Below, piece after piece: positions 29,301 through 45,899 of a DNA stretch of 64,000 bases (positions are counted from its first letter, which is position 1; the number at the start of each line of letters is the position of its first letter). This stretch comes from Centroscyllium fabricii. Lineage: Eukaryota. Below the pieces are notes generated by a model that did not search any database, was not told the DNA's origin, and saw only the letters and a program-made list of their open reading frames with translations. Location of the stretch: positions 3,286,001-3,350,000 of the forward strand of contig JBNRSN020000031.1 of the NCBI GenBank assembly GCA_051313645.2. The letters are read 5' to 3'. The position numbers and the translations under genes are program-made.

Positions 29301-29799
29301 TTGGCCTACAGGCATCTGGAAGGTCTACCTATTATATTCACGTAATCACATGCTGAGTTATCATTGGCCCACAGGCACCTCGAAGGACTACCTATTATAT
29401 TCACGTAATCACATGCTGAATTATCATTGGAACAAAGGCATCTGTAAGGACTACCTATTATATTCACGTAATCACATGTTGAGTTATCATTGGCCCACAG
29501 GAATCTGTAAGGACTACCTATTATATTCACGTAATCACAAGCTGAATTATCATTGCCCACAGGCATCTGTAAGGACTACCTATTATATTCACATAATCAC
29601 ATGCTGAGTTAACATTGGCCCACTGGCATCTGTAAGGACTACTATTGTATTCACTTAACCACATGCTGAGTTATCATTGGCCGCAGGCGTCTGTAAGGAC
29701 TACCTATTATATTCACGTAATCACATGCTGAGTTATCATTGGCCCACAGGCATCTGTATGGACCACCTATTATATTCACGTAATCACATGCTGAGTTAT

Positions 29800-30930
29800 C
29801 ATTGGCCCACAGGCATCTGTAAGGACTACCTATTATATTCACGTAATCACATGCTGAGTTATCATTGGCCCACAGGCATCTGGAAGGACTACCTATTATA
29901 TTCACGTAATCACATGCTGAATTATCATTGGACCAAAGGCATCTGTACGGACGACTATTGTATTCACGTAATCACATGCTGAGATATCATTGGCCCACAG
30001 ACATCTGTAAGGACTACCTATTATATTTACGTAATCACATGCTGAGTTATCATTGGCCCACAGGCTTCTGGAAGGACTACCTATTATATTCACGTAATCA
30101 CATGCTGAATTATCATTGGACCAAAGGCATCTGTAAGGAATACCTTTTGTATTCACGTAATGACATGCTGTGTTATCAATGGCCCACAGGCATCTGTAAG
30201 GACTACCTGTTATATTAACGTAATCACATGCTGAGTTATCATTGGCCCACAGGCATTTGTAAGGACTACCTATTATATTCACGTAATCACATGCTGAGAT
30301 ATCATTGGCCAACAGGCATCTGTAAGGACTACCTATTATATTCACGTAATCACATGCTGAGTTATCATTGGCCCACAGGCATCTGTAAGGACTACCTATT
30401 ATATTCACGTAATCACATGCTGAGTTATCATTGGCCCACAGGCATTTGGAAGGACTACCTATTATATTCACGTAATCACATGCTGAATAATCATTGGACC
30501 AAAGTCATCTGTACGGACGACTATTGTATTCACGTAATCACATGCTGAGATATCATTGGCCCACAGGCATCTGTAAGGACTACCTATTATATTTACGTAA
30601 TCACATGCTGAGTTATCATTGGCCCACAGGCTTCTGGAAGGACTACCTATTATATTCACGTAATCACATGCTGAATTATCATTGGACCAAAGGCATCTGT
30701 AAGGAATACCTTTTGTATTCACGTAATGACATGCTGTGTTATCAATGGCCCACAGGCATCTGTAAGGACTACCTGTTATATTAACGTAATCACATGCTGA
30801 GTTATCATTGGCCCACAGGCATTTGTAAGGACTACCTATTATATTCACGTAATCACATGCTGAGATATCATTGGCCAACAGGCATCTGTAAGGACTACCT
30901 ATTATATTCACGTAATCACATGCTGAATTA
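29800..30930. repeat. Tandem duplication of a 566-bp unit (9 monomers)
   Basis: The rare TGTACGGACGAC variant occurs at about 29944 and 30510. ORF pairs 29928/30494 and 30228/30794. Confidence 0.9.
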
Positions 30931-30999
30931 TCATTGGCCCACAGGCATCAGTAAGGAATACCTATTATATTCACGTAATTACATGCTGAATTATCATTG

Positions 31000-33900
31000 G
31001 CCCACTGGCATCTGTAAGACTACTATTGTATTCACTTAACCACATGCTGAGTTATCATTGGCCGCAGGCATCTGTAAGGACTACCCATTATATTCACGTA
31101 ATCACATGCTAAGTTATCATTGGCCCACAGTCATCTGTAAGGACTACTATTGTATTCACGTAATCAAATGCTGAGTTATCATTGGCCCACAGGCATCTGT
31201 AAGGACGTCCTATTATATTCACGTAATCACATGCTGAGTTATCATTGGCTCACAGGCATCTGTAAGGATTACCTGTTATATTCATGTAATCACATGCTGA
31301 GTTATCATTGGCCCACAGGCATTTGTAAGGACTACGTATTATATTCACGTATTCACATGCTGGGTTATTATTATCCCACTGTCATTTGTAAGGACTACCT
31401 ATTATATTCACGTAATCACATGCTGAGTTATCATTGGCCCACATGCATCTGTAAGGACTACCTATTATATTCACGTAATCACATGCTGAGATATCATTGG
31501 CCCACAGGCATCTGTAAGGACTATCTATTATATTCACGTATTCTCATGCTATGTTATCATTGGCCCACAGGCATGTGTAAGGACTACCTTTTATATTCAC
31601 GTAATCACATGCTGTATTATCATTGGCCCACAGGCATCTGTAATGACTACCAATTATATTTACGTAATCACATGTTGAGATATCATTGGCCCGCAGGCAT
31701 CTGTAAGGACTACCTATTATATTCCCGTAATATATGCAGATTTATCATTGGCCCACAGGCATCTGTAAGGAATAACTATTATATTCACCTAATCAAATGC
31801 TGAGTTATCATTGGCCCACAGGTATCTGTAAGGACAACCTATTATATTCAGTTAATCACATGCTGAATTATCATTGGCCCACAGGCATCTGTAAGGACTA
31901 CCTATTATATTCACGTAATGACATGCTGAGTTATCAATGTCCCACAGGCATCTGTAAGGACTACCTGTTATATTCACGTAATCACATGCTGAGTTATCAT
32001 TGGCCCACAGGCATCAGTAAGGACTACCTATTATATTCACGTAATTACATGCTGAGTTATCATTGGCCCACAGGCATCTGTAAGGACGACATATTATATT
32101 CACGTAATCACATGCTGAGATATCATTGGCCCACAGGCATCTGTAAGGACTACCTATTATATTCACGTAATCATATACTAAGTTATCATTGGCCCACAGG
32201 CATCTGTAAGGACTACCTATTATATTCAGATAATCACATGCTCAGTTATCATTGGCCCGCAGGCATCTGTAAGGACTACCTATTATATTCACATAATCAC
32301 ATGCTGAGTTATCATTGGCCCACAGGCATCTGTAAGGACTACTATTATATTCACGTAATCATATGCTGAGTTATCATTGGCCCACAGGCATCTGTAAGGA
32401 CTACATAATATATGCACGTAATCACATGCAGAGTTATCATTGGCCCACAGGCATCTGTAAGGACTACCTATTATAATCACGTAATCACATGCTGAGTTAT
32501 CATTGGCCCACAGGCATCTGTAAGGACTACCTATTATATTCACGTAATCACATGCTGAGTTATTATTGGCCGACAGGCATCTGTAAGGACTACCTATTAT
32601 TTTCACGTAATCACATGATGAGTTATCATATGCCCACAGGCATCTGTAAGGGCTTCCTATTATATTCCCGTAATAATATGCTGAGTTATCATTGCCCACA
32701 GGCATCTGTAAGGACTACCTATTATATTCACGTAATCAAATGCTGAGTTATCATTGGCCCACAGGCATCTGTAAGGACTACCTATTATATTCAGGTAATC
32801 ACATGCTGAATAATGATTGGCCCACAGGCAACTGTAAGGACTACCTATTATATTCACGTAATCACATGCTGAGTTATCATTGGCCCACAGGCATCTGTAA
32901 GGACTACCTGTTATATTCTCGTAATCACATGCTGAGTACCATTCGCCAACAGGCATTTGTAAGGACTACCTATTATATTCACGTATTCACATGCTGAGTT
33001 ATCATTGGCCCACAGGCATCTGTAAGGACTACCTATTATATTCACGTAATCACATGCTGAGTTATCATTGGCCAACAGGCATCTGTAAGGACTACCTATT
33101 ATATTCACGTAATCATATGCTGAGTTATCATCGGCCAACAGACATCTGTAAGGACAACCTATTGTATTCAAGTAATCACATGCTGAGTTATCATTGGCCC
33201 ACTGGCATCTGTAAGGACTACTATTGTATTCACTTAACCACATGCTGAGTTATCATTGGCCGCAGGCATCTGTAAGGACTACCCATTATATTCACGTAAT
33301 CACATGCTAAGTTATCATTGGCCCACAGTCATCTGTAAGGACTACTATTATATTCACGTAATCAAATGCTGAGTTATCATTGGCCCACAGGCATCTGTAA
33401 GGACGTCCTATTATATTCACGTAATCACATGCTGAGTTATCATTGGCTCACAGGCATCTGTAAGGATTACCTGTTATATTCATGTAATCACATGCTGAGT
33501 TATCATTGGCCCACAGGCATTTGTAAGGACTACGTATTATATTCACGTATTCACATGCTGAGTTATTATTGGCCCACAGTCATTTGTAAGGACTACCTAT
33601 TATATTCACGTAATCACATGCTGACTTATCATTGGCCCACATGCATCTGTAAGGACTACCTATTATATTCACGTAATCACATGCTGAGATATCATTGGCC
33701 CACAGGCATCTGTAAGGACTATCTATTATATTCACGTAATCACATGCTAAGTTATCATTGGCCCACAGGCATCTGTAAGGACTACCTTTTATATTCACGT
33801 AATCACATGCTGTATTATCATTGGCCCACAGGCATCTGTAATGACTACCAATTATATTTACGTAATCACATGTTGAGATATCATTGGCCCGCAGGCATCT

Positions 33901-35330
33901 GTAAGGACTACCTATTATATTCCCGTAATATATGCAGATTTATCATTGGCCCACAGGCATCTGTAAGGAATAACTATTATATTCACCTAATCAAATGCTG
34001 AGTTATCATTGGCCCACAGGTATCTGTAAGGACAACCTATTATATCCAGTTAATCACATGCTGAATTATCATTGGCCCACAGGCATCTGTAAGGACTACC
34101 TATTATATTCACGTAATGACATGCTGAGTTATCAATGGCCCACAGGCATCTGTAAGGACTACCTGTTATATTCACGTAATCACATGCTGAGTTATCATTG
34201 GCCCACAGGCACTGTAAGGACTACCTATTATGTTTACGTAATCACATGCTGAGATATCATTGGCCAACAGGCATCTGTAAGGATTACCTATTATATTCAC
34301 GTAATCACATGCTGAATTATCATTGGCCCACAGGCATCAGTAAGGACTACCTATTATATTCACGTAATTACATGCTGAGTTATCATTGGCCCACAGGCAT
34401 CTGTAAGGACGACATATTATATTCACGTAATCACATGCTGAGATATCATTGGCCCACAGGCATCTGTAAGGACTACCTATTATATTCACGTAATCATATG
34501 CTAAGTTATCATTGGCCCACAGGCATTTGTAAGGACTACCTATTATATTCAGATAATCACATGCTGAGTTATCATTGGCCCGCAGGCATCTGTAAGGACT
34601 ACCTATTATATTCACATAATCACATGCTGAGTTATCATTGGCCCACAGGCATCTGTAAGGACTACTATTATATTCACGTAATCATATGCTGAGTTATCAT
34701 TGGCCCACAGGCATCTGTAAGGACTACATAATATATTCACGTAATCACATGCTGAGTTATTATTGGCCCACAGGCATCTGTAAGGTCTACCTATTATTTT
34801 CACGTAATCACATGCTGAGTTATCATATGCCCACAGGCATCTGTAAGGGCTTCCTATTATATTCCCGTAATAATATGCTGAGTTATCATTGCCCACAGGC
34901 ATCTGTAAGGACTACCTATTATATTCACGTAATCAAATGCTGAGTTATCATTGGCCCACAGGCATCTGTAAGGACTACCTATTATATTCAGCTAATCACA
35001 TGCTGAATAATGATTGGCCCACAGGCAACTGTAAGGACTACCTATTATATTCACGTAATCACATGCTGAGTTATCATTGGCCCACAGGCATCTGTAAGGA
35101 CTACCTGTTATATTCTCGTAATCACATGCTGAGTACCATTCGCCAACAGGCATTTGTAAGGACTACCTATTATATTCACGTATTCACATGCTGAGTTATC
35201 ATTGGCCATCACGCAACTATAAGGACTACCTATTATAGTCACGTAATCATATGCTGAGTTATCATCGGCCAACAGACATCTGTAAGGACAACCTATTGTA
35301 TTCAAGTAATCACATGCTGAGTTATCATTG
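31000..35330. repeat. Imperfect tandem duplication, period about 2.2 kb (about 35 monomers); related copies near 24.5-26.7 kb and 38.1-40.7 kb
   Basis: ORF pairs 31797/33995 (2198), 32692/34889 and 32911/35108 (2197). The shared TCCCGTAATATATGCAGA...AAGGAATAAC cassette lies at about 25.1, 31.7, 33.9 and 38.8 kb. Confidence 0.82.
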
Positions 35331-38300
35331 GCCCACAGGCATCTGTAAGGACTACCTATTATATTCACGTAATCACATGCTGAGTTTTCATTGGCCCACA
35401 GGCATCTGTAAGGACTACCTATTATATTCACGTAATTACATGCTGAGTTATCATTGGCCCACAGGCATCTGGAAGGACTACCTATTATATTCACGTAATC
35501 ACATGCTGAATTATCATTGGACCAAAGGCATCTGTAAGGACTACTATTGTATTCACGTAATCACATGCTGAGATATCATTGGCCCACAGGCATCTGTAAG
35601 GACTATTATTATATTTACGTAATCACATGCTGAGTTATCATTGCCCCACAGGCTTCTGGAAGGACTACCTATTATATTCACGTAATCACATGCTGAGTTA
35701 TCATTGGCCCACAGGCATCTGGAAGGACAACCTATTATATTCACGTAATCACATGCTGAGTTATCATTGGCCCACAGGCATCTGTAAGGACTACCTGTTA
35801 TATTCACGTAATCACATGCTGAGTTATCATTGGCCAACAGGCATTTGTAAGGACTACCTATTATATTCACGTAATCACATGCTGAGATATCATTGGCCCA
35901 CAGGCATCTGTAAGGACTACCTATTATAAACACGTAATCACATGCTGAGTTATCATTGGCCCACCAACATCTGGAAGGATTACCTATTATATTCACGTAA
36001 TCACATGCTGAGTTACCATTGGCCCATAGGCATCTTTAAGGACTACCTATTATATTCAGGTAATCACATGCTGAATTATCATTGGCCCACAATCATCTGT
36101 AAGGACTACCTATTATATTCACGTAATCACATGCTGAATTATCATTGGCCCACAGGCATCTGTAAGGACAACCTGTTATATTCAATTAATCACATGCTGA
36201 GTTATCTTTGGCCCACAGGCATCTGTAAGAACTACCTATTATATTCACGTAATCACATGCTGAGATATCATTGGCCCACAGGCATCTGTAAGGACTACCT
36301 ATTATATTCACGTAATCACATGCTGAGTTATCATTGGCCCACAGGCATCTGTAAGGACTACCTATTATATTCACGTAATCACATGCTGAATTATCATTGG
36401 GCCACAGTCATCTGTAAGGACTACCTATTATATTCACGTAATCACATGCTGAGTTATCATTGGCCCACAGTCATCTGTAAGGACTACCTATTATATTTAC
36501 ATAATCACATGCTGAGTTATCATTGGCCTACAGGCATCTGGAAGTCTACCTATTATATTCACGTAATCACATGTTGAGTTATCATTGGCCCACAGGCATC
36601 TGGAAGGACTACATATTATATTCACGTATTCACATGCTGAATTATCATTGGACCAAAGGCTTCTGTAAGGACTACCTATTATATTCACGTAATCACATGT
36701 TGAGTTATCATTGGCCCACAGGAATCTGTAAGGACTACCTATTATATTCACGTAATCACAAGCTGAATTATCATTGCCCACAGGCATCTGTAAGGACTAC
36801 CTATTATATTCACGTAATCACATGCTGAGTTATCATTGGCCCACTGGCATCTGTAAGGACTACTATTGTATTCACTTAACCACATGCTGAGTTATCATTG
36901 GCCGCAGGCGTCTGTAAGGACTACCTATTATATTCACGTAATCACATGCTGAGTTATCATTGGCCCACAGGCATCTGTATGGACCACCTATTATATTCAC
37001 GTAATCACATGCTGAGTTATCATTGGCCCACAGGCATCTGTAAGGACTACCTATTATATTCACGTAATCACATGCTGAGTTATCATTGGCCCACAGGCAT
37101 CTGGAAGGACTACCTATTATATTCACGTAATCACATGCTGAATTATCATTGGACCAAAGGCATCTGTAAGGCGACTATTTTATTCACATAATCACATGCT
37201 GAGATATCATTGGCCCACAGGCATCTGTAAGGACTACCTATTATATTTACGTAATCACATGCTGAGTTAACATTGGCCCACAGGCTTCTGGAAGGACTAC
37301 CTATTATATTCACGTAATCACATGCTGAATTATCATTGGACCAAAGGCATCTGTAAGGAATACCTATTGTATTCACGTAATGACATGCTGTGTTATCAAT
37401 GGCATACAGGCATCTGTAAGGACTACCTGTTATATTAACGTAATCACATGCTGAGTAATCATTGGCCCACAGGCATTTGTAAGGACTACCTATTATATTC
37501 AAGTAATCACATGCTGAGATATCATTGGCCAACAGGCATCTGTAAGGACTACCTATTATATTCACGTAATCACATGCTGAATTATCATTGGCCCACAGGC
37601 ATCAGTAAGGACTACCTATTATATTCACGTAATTACATGCTGAGTTATCATTGTCCTACAGGCATCTGTAAGGACGACATATTATATTCACGTAATCACA
37701 TGCTGAGATATCATTGGCCCACAGGCATCTGTAAGGACTACCTATTATATTCACGTAATAACATGCCAAGTTATCGTTGGCCCACAGGCATCTGTAAGGA
37801 CTACCTATTATATTTACGTAATCACATGCTGAGTTATCATTGGCCCACAGGCTTCTGGAAGGACTACCTATTATATTCACGTAATCACATGCTGAATTAT
37901 CATTGGACCAAAGGCATCTGTAAGGAATACCTATTATATTCAAGTAATCACTTGTTGAGTTATCATTGGCCCACAGTCATCTGGAAGGACTTCCTATTAT
38001 ATTCACGTAATCACATGCTGAATTATCATTGGACCAAAGGCATCTGTAAGGACTACCTATTATATTCACGTAATCACATGCTGAGTTATCATTGGCCCAC
38101 TGGCATCTGTAAGGACTACTATTGTATTCACTTAACCACATGCTGAGTTATCATTGGCCGCAGGCATCTGTAAGGACTACCCATTATATTCATGTAATCA
38201 CATGCTGAGTTATCATTGGCCCACAGTCATCTGTAAGGACTACTATTGTATTCACGTAATCAAATGCTGAGTTATCATTGGCCCACAGGCATCTGTAAGG

Positions 38301-40399
38301 ACGTCCTATTATATTCACGTAATCACATGCTGAGTTATCATTGGCCCACAGGCATTTGTAAGGACTACGTATTATATTCACGTATTCACATGCTGAGTTA
38401 TTATTGGCCCACAGTCATTTGTAAGGACTACCTATTATATTCACGTAATCACATGCTGAGTTATCATTGGCCCACATGCATCTGTAAGGACTACCTATTA
38501 TATTCACGTAATCACATGCTGAGATATCATTGGCCCACAGGCATCTGTAAGGACTATCTATTATATTCACGTAATCACATGCTAAGTTATCATTGGCCCA
38601 CAGGCATCTGTAAGGACTACCTATTATATTCACGTAATCACATGCTGTATTATCATTGGCCCACAGGCATCTGTAATGACTACCAATTATATTTACGTAA
38701 TCACATGCTGAGATATCATTGGCCCGCAGGCATCTGTAAGGACTACCTATTATATTCCCGTAATATATGCAGATTTATCATTGGCCCACAGGCATCTGTA
38801 AGGAATAACTATTATATTCACCTAATCAAATGCTGAGTTATCATTGGCCCACAGGTATCTGTAAGGACAACCTATTATATTCAGTTAATCACATGCTGAA
38901 TTATCATTGGCCCACAGGCATCTGTAAGGACTACCTATTATATTCACGTAATGACATGCTGAGTTATCAATGGCCCACAGGCATCTGTAAGGACTACCTG
39001 TTATATTCACGTAATCACATGCTGAGTTATCATTGGCCCACATTCATTTGTAAGGACTACCTATTATATTTACGTAATCACATGCTGAGATATCATTGGC
39101 CAACAGGCATCTTTAAGGACTACCTATTATATTCACGTAATCACATGCTGAATTATCATTGGCCCACAGGCATCAGTAAGGACTACCTATTATATTCACG
39201 TAATTACATGCTGAGTTATCATTGGCCCACAGGCATCTGTAAGGATGACATATTATATTCACGTAATCACATGCTGAGATATCATTGGCCCACAGGCATC
39301 TGTAAGGACTACCTATTATATTCACGTAATCATATGCTAAGTTATCATTGGCCCACAGGCATCTGTAAGGACTACCTATTATATTCAGATAATCACATGC
39401 TGAGTTTTCATTGGCCCGCAGGCATCTGTAAGGACTACCTATTATATTCACATAATCACATGCTGAGTTATCATTGGCCCACAGGCATCTGTAAGGACTA
39501 CTATTATATTCACGTAATCATATGCTGAGTTATCATTGGCCCACAGGCATCTGTAAGGACTACATAATATATTCACGTAATCACATGCTGAGTTATCATT
39601 GGCCCACAGGCATCTGTAAGGACTACCTATTATATTCACGTAATCACATGCTGAATTATCATTGGACCACAGGCATTTGTAAGGACTACCTACTATATTC
39701 ACGTAATCACATGCTGAGTTATCATTGGCCCACAGTCATCTGTAAGGACTACTATTGTATTCACGTAATCAAATGCTGAGTTATCATTGGCCCACAGACA
39801 TCTGTAAGGACGTCCTATTATATTCACGTAATCACATGCTGAGTAATCATTGGCTCACAGGCAACTGTAAGGTTTACCTGTTATATTCATGTAATCACAT
39901 GCTGAGTTATCATTGGCCCACAGGCATCTGTAAGGACTACATAATATATTCACGTAATCACATGCTGAGTTATCATTGGCCCACAGGCATCTGTAAGGAC
40001 TACCTATTATATTCACGTAATCACATGCTGAATTATCATTGGACCACAGGCATTTGTAAGGACTACCTATTATATTCACGTAATCACATGCTGAGTTATT
40101 ATTGGCCCAAAGGCATCTGTAAGGACTACCTATTATTTTCACGTAATCACATGATGAGTTATCATATGCCCACAGGCATCTGTAAGGGCTTCCTATTATA
40201 TTCCCGTAATAATATGCTGAGTTATCATTGCCCACATGCATCTGTAAGGACTACCTATTATATTCACGTAATCAAATGCTGAGTTATCATTGGCCCACAG
40301 GCATCTGTAAGGACTACCTATTATATTCAGGTAATCACATGCTGAATAATGATTGGCCCACAGGCATCTGTAAGGACTACCTATTATATTCACGTAATC

Positions 40400-43300
40400 A
40401 CATGCTGAGTTATCATTGTCCCACAGGCATCTGTAAGGACTACCTGTTATATTCTTGTAATCACATGCTGAGTACCATTCGCCAACAGGCATTTGTAAGG
40501 ACTACCTATTATATTCACGTATTCACATGCTGAGTTATCATTGGCCCATAGGCATCTGTAAAGACTACCTATTATATTCACGTAATCACATGCTGAGTTA
40601 TCATTGGCCAACAGGCATCTGTAAGGACTACCTATTATATTCACGTAATCATATGCTGAGTTATCATCGGCCAACAGACATCTGTAAGGACAACCTATTG
40701 TATTCAAGTAACCACATGCTGAGTTATCATTGGCCCACAGGCATCTGTAAGGACTACCTATTATATTCACATAATCACATGCTGAGTTATCATTGGCCCA
40801 CAGGCATCTGTATGGACTACCTATTTTATTCACGTAATCACATGCTGAGTTATCATTGGCTCACAGGTATCTGTAAGGACTACCTATTGTATTCAAGTAA
40901 TCACATGCTCAGTTATCATTAGCCCACAGGCATCTGGAAGGACTACCTATTATATTCACGTAATCACATGCTGAATTATCATTGGACCAAAGGCATCTGT
41001 AAGGACAGCCTATTATATTCAGGTAATCACATGTTGAGTTATCATTGGCCCACAGGCATCTGTATGGACCACCTATTATATTCACGTAATCACATGCTGA
41101 GTTTTGATTGTCCCGCAGGCATCTGTAAGGACTACCTATTATATTCACGTAATGACATGCTGAGTTATCATTGGCCCGCAGGCATCTGTATGGACTACCT
41201 ATTATATTCACGTAATCACATGCTGTGTTATCATTGGCCACAGGCATCTGTAAAGACTACCTATTATATTCACGTAATCACATGCTGAGTTATCATTGGC
41301 CCACAGGCATCTGTAAGGACTACCATTTATATTCACATAATCACATGCTGAATTATAATTGACCCACAGGCATCTGTAAGGACAACCTGTTATATTCACG
41401 TAAACACATGCTGAGTTATCATTGGCCCACAGGCTTCTGTAAGGACTACCTATTATATTTACGTAATCACATGCTGAGATATCATTGGCCCACAGGCATC
41501 TGTAAGGACTACCTATTATATTCACGAAATCACATGCTGAGTTATCATTGGCCCACAGGCATCTGTAAGGACTACCGATTATATTCACGTAATCACATGC
41601 TAAGTTATCATTGGCCCACAGGCATCTGTAAGGACTACCTATTATATTCACGTAATGACATGCTGAGTTATCATTGGCCCGCAGGCATCTGTAAGGACTA
41701 CCTATTATATTCACGTAATCACATGCTGAGTTATCATTGGCCACAGGCATCTGTAAAAACTACCTATTATATTCACGTAATCACATGCTGAGTTATCATT
41801 GGCCCACAGGCATCTGGAAGGACTACCTATTATATTCACGTAATCACATGCTGAATTATCATTGGACCAAAGTCATCTGTAAGGACTACTATTGTATTCA
41901 CGTAATCACATGCTGAGTTATCATTGGCCCACAGGCATCTCTAAGGACTACCTATTATATTTACGTAATCACATGCTGAGTTTTCATTGGCCTACAAGCA
42001 TCTGGAAGGACTACCTTTTATATTCACGTAATCACATGCTGAGTTATCATTGGCCCACAGGCATCTGGAAGAACTACCTATTATATTCACGTAATCACAT
42101 GCTGAATTATCATTGGACCAAAGGCATCTGTAAGGACTACCTATTATATTCACGTAATCACATGTTGAGTTATCATTGGCCCACAGGAATCTGTAAGGAC
42201 TACCTATTAAATTCACGTAATCACAAGCTGAATTATCATTGCCCACAGGCATCTGTAAGGACTACCTATTATATCCACGTAATCACATGCTGAGTTATCA
42301 TTGGCCCACTGGCATCTGTAAGGACTACTATTGTATTCACTTAACCACATGCTGAGTTATCATTGGCCGCAGGCATCTGTAAGGACCACCTATTATATTC
42401 ACGTAATCACATGCTGAGTTATCATTGGCCCACAGGCATCTGTATGGACCACCTATTATATTCACGTAATCACATGCTGAGTTTTCATTGGCCCACAGGC
42501 ATCTGGAAGGACTACCTATTATATTCACGTAATCACATGCTGAATTATCATTGGACCAAAGGCATCTGTAAAGACTACTATTGTATTCACGTAATCACAT
42601 GCTGAGATATCATTGGCCCACAGGCATCTGTAAGGACTACCTATTATATTTACGTAATCACATGCTGAGTTATCATTGCCCCACAGGCATCTGTAAGGAC
42701 TACCGATTATATTCACGTAATCACATGCTGAGTTATCATTGGCCCACAGGCATCTGTAAGGACTACCTGTTATATTCTCGTAATCACATGCTGAGTACCA
42801 TTCGCCAACAGGCATTTGTAAGGACTACCTATTATATTCACGTATTCACATGCTGAGTTATCATTGGCCCACAGGCATCTGTAAGGACTACCTATTATAT
42901 TCACGTAATCACATGCTGAGTTATCATTGGCCAACAGGCATCTGTAAGGACTACCTATTATATTCACGTAATCATATGCTGAGTTATCATCGGCCAACAG
43001 ACATCTGTAAGGACAACCTATTGTATTCAAGTAATCACATGCTGAGTTATCATTGGCCCACAGGCATCTGTAAGGACTACCTATTATATTCACATAATCA
43101 CATGCTGAGTTATCATTGGCCCACAGGCATCTGTATGGACTACCTTTTTTATTCACGTAATCACAGGCTGAGTTATCATTGGCTCACAGGTATCTGTAAG
43201 GACTACCTATTGTATTCAAGTAATCACATGCTGAGTTATCATTGGCCCACAGGCATCTGGAAGGACTACCTATTATATTCACGTAATCACATGCTGAATT

Positions 43301-45070
43301 ATCATTGGACCAAAGGCATCTGTAAGGACAGCCTATTATATTCAGGTAATCACATGTTGAGTTATCATTGGCCCACAGGCATCTGTATGGACCACCTATT
43401 ATATTCACGTAATCACATGCTGAGTTTTGATTGGCCCGCAGGCATCTGTAAGGACTACCTATTATATTCACGTAAACACATGCTGAGTTATCATTGGCCC
43501 GCAGGCATCTGTAAGGAGTACCTATTATATTCACGTAAACACATGCTGAGTTATCATTGGCCACAGGCATCTGTAAAGATTACCTATTATATTCACGTAA
43601 TCACATGCTGAGTTATCATTGGCCCACAGGCATCTGTAAGGACTACCTTTTATATTCACATGATCACATGCTGAATTATCATTGACCCACAGGCATCTGT
43701 AAGGACAACCTGTTATATTCACGTAATCACATGCTGAGTTATCATTGGCCCACAGGCATCTGTAAGGACTACCTATTATATTTACGTAATCACATGCTGA
43801 GATATCATTGGCCCACAGGCATCTGTAAGGACTACCTATTATATTCACGTAATCACATGCTGAGTTATCATTGGCCCACAGGCATCTGTAAGGACTACCT
43901 ATTATATTCACGTAATCACATGCTGAATTATCATTGGCCCACAGTCATCTGTAAGGACTACCTATTATATACACGTAATCACATGCTGAGTTATCATTGG
44001 CCCACAGGCATCTGTATGGACTACCTATTATATTCACGTAATCCAAGCTGAGATATCATTGGCCCACAGGCATCTGTAAGGACTACCGATTATATTCACG
44101 TAATCACATGCTAAGTTATCATTGGCCCACAGGCATCTGTAAGGACTACCTATTATATTCACGTAATCACATGCTGAATTATCATTGGCCCACAGGCATC
44201 TGTAAGGATTACATATTATATTCACGTAATCACATGCTGAGTTATCATTGACCCACAGGCATCTCTAAGGACTACCTGTTATATTTACGTAATCACATGC
44301 TGAGTTATCATTGGCCTACAAGCATCTGGAAGGACTACCTTTTATATTCACGTAATCACATGCTGAGTTATCATTGGCCCACTGGCATCTGGAAGAACTA
44401 CCTATTATATTCACGTAATCACATGCTGAATTATCATTGGACCAAAGGCATCTGTAAGGACTACCTATTATATTCACGTAATCACATGTTGAGTTATCAT
44501 TGGCCCACAGGAATCTGTAAGGACTACCTATTAAATTCACGTAATCACAAGCTGAATTATCATTGCCCACAGGCATCTGTAAGGACTACCTATTATATCC
44601 ACGTAATCACATGCTGAGTTATCATTGGCCCACTGGCATCTGTAAGGACTACTATTGTATTCACATAACCACATGCTGAGTTATCATTGGCCTCAGGCAT
44701 CTGTAAGGACCACCTATTATATTCACGTAATCACATGCTGAGTTATCATTGGCCCACAGGCATCTGTATGGACCACCTATTATATTCACGAAATCACATG
44801 CTGAGTTTTCATTGTCCCACAGGCATATGTAAGGACTACTTATTATATTCACGTAATCACATGCTGAGTTATCATTGGCCCACAGGCATCTGGAAGGACT
44901 GCCTATTATATTCACGTAATCACATGCTGAATTATCATTGGACCAAAGGCATCTGTAAGGACTACTATTGTATTCACGTAATCACATGGTGAGATATCAT
45001 TGGCCCACAGGCATCTGTGAGGACTACCTATTATATTTACGTAATCACATGCTGAGTTATCATTGCCCCA
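40400..45070. repeat. Tandem duplication, period 2323-2324 bp (37 monomers), more diverged internally
   Basis: ORF pairs 40447/42770, 40527/42850, 41208/43531, 41992/44316 and 42337/44661. Confidence 0.85.
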
Positions 45071-45899
45071 CAGGCTTCTGGAAGGACTACCTATTATATT
45101 CACGTAATCACATGCTGAGTTATCATTGGCCCACAGGCATCTGGAAGGACTACCTATTATATTCACGTAATCACATGCTGAATTATCATTGGCCCACAAT
45201 CATCTGTAAGGACTACCTATTATATTCATGTAATCACATGCTGAATTATCATTGGCCCACAGGCATCTGTAAGGACAACCTGTTAAATTCACGTAATCAC
45301 ATGCTGAGTTATCATTGGCCCACAGGCATCTGTAAGGACTACCTATTATATTCACGTAATCACATGCTGAGATATCATTGGCCCACAGGCATCTGTAAGG
45401 ACTACCTATTATATTCACGTAATCACATGCTGAGTTATCATTGGCCCACAGGCATCTGTAAGGACTACCTATTATATTCACGTAATCACATGCTGAATTA
45501 TCATTGGCCCACAGTCATCTGTAAGGACTACCTATTATATTCGCGTAATCACATGCTGAGTTATCATTGGCCCACAGTCATCTGTAAGGACTACCTATTA
45601 TATTCACGTAATCACATGCTGAGATATCATTGGCCCACAGGCATCTGTAAGGGCTACCTATTATATTCACGTAATCACATGCTAAGTTATCATTGGCCCA
45701 CAGGCATCTGTAAGGACTACCTATTATATTCGCGTAATCACATGCTGAATTATCATTGGCCCACAGGCATCTGTAAGGACTACCTATTATATTCACGTAA
45801 TCACATGCTGAGTTATCATTGGCCCACAGGCATCTGTAAGGACTACCTATTATATTCACGTAATCACATGCTCAGTTATCATTGGCCCACAGGCATCTG

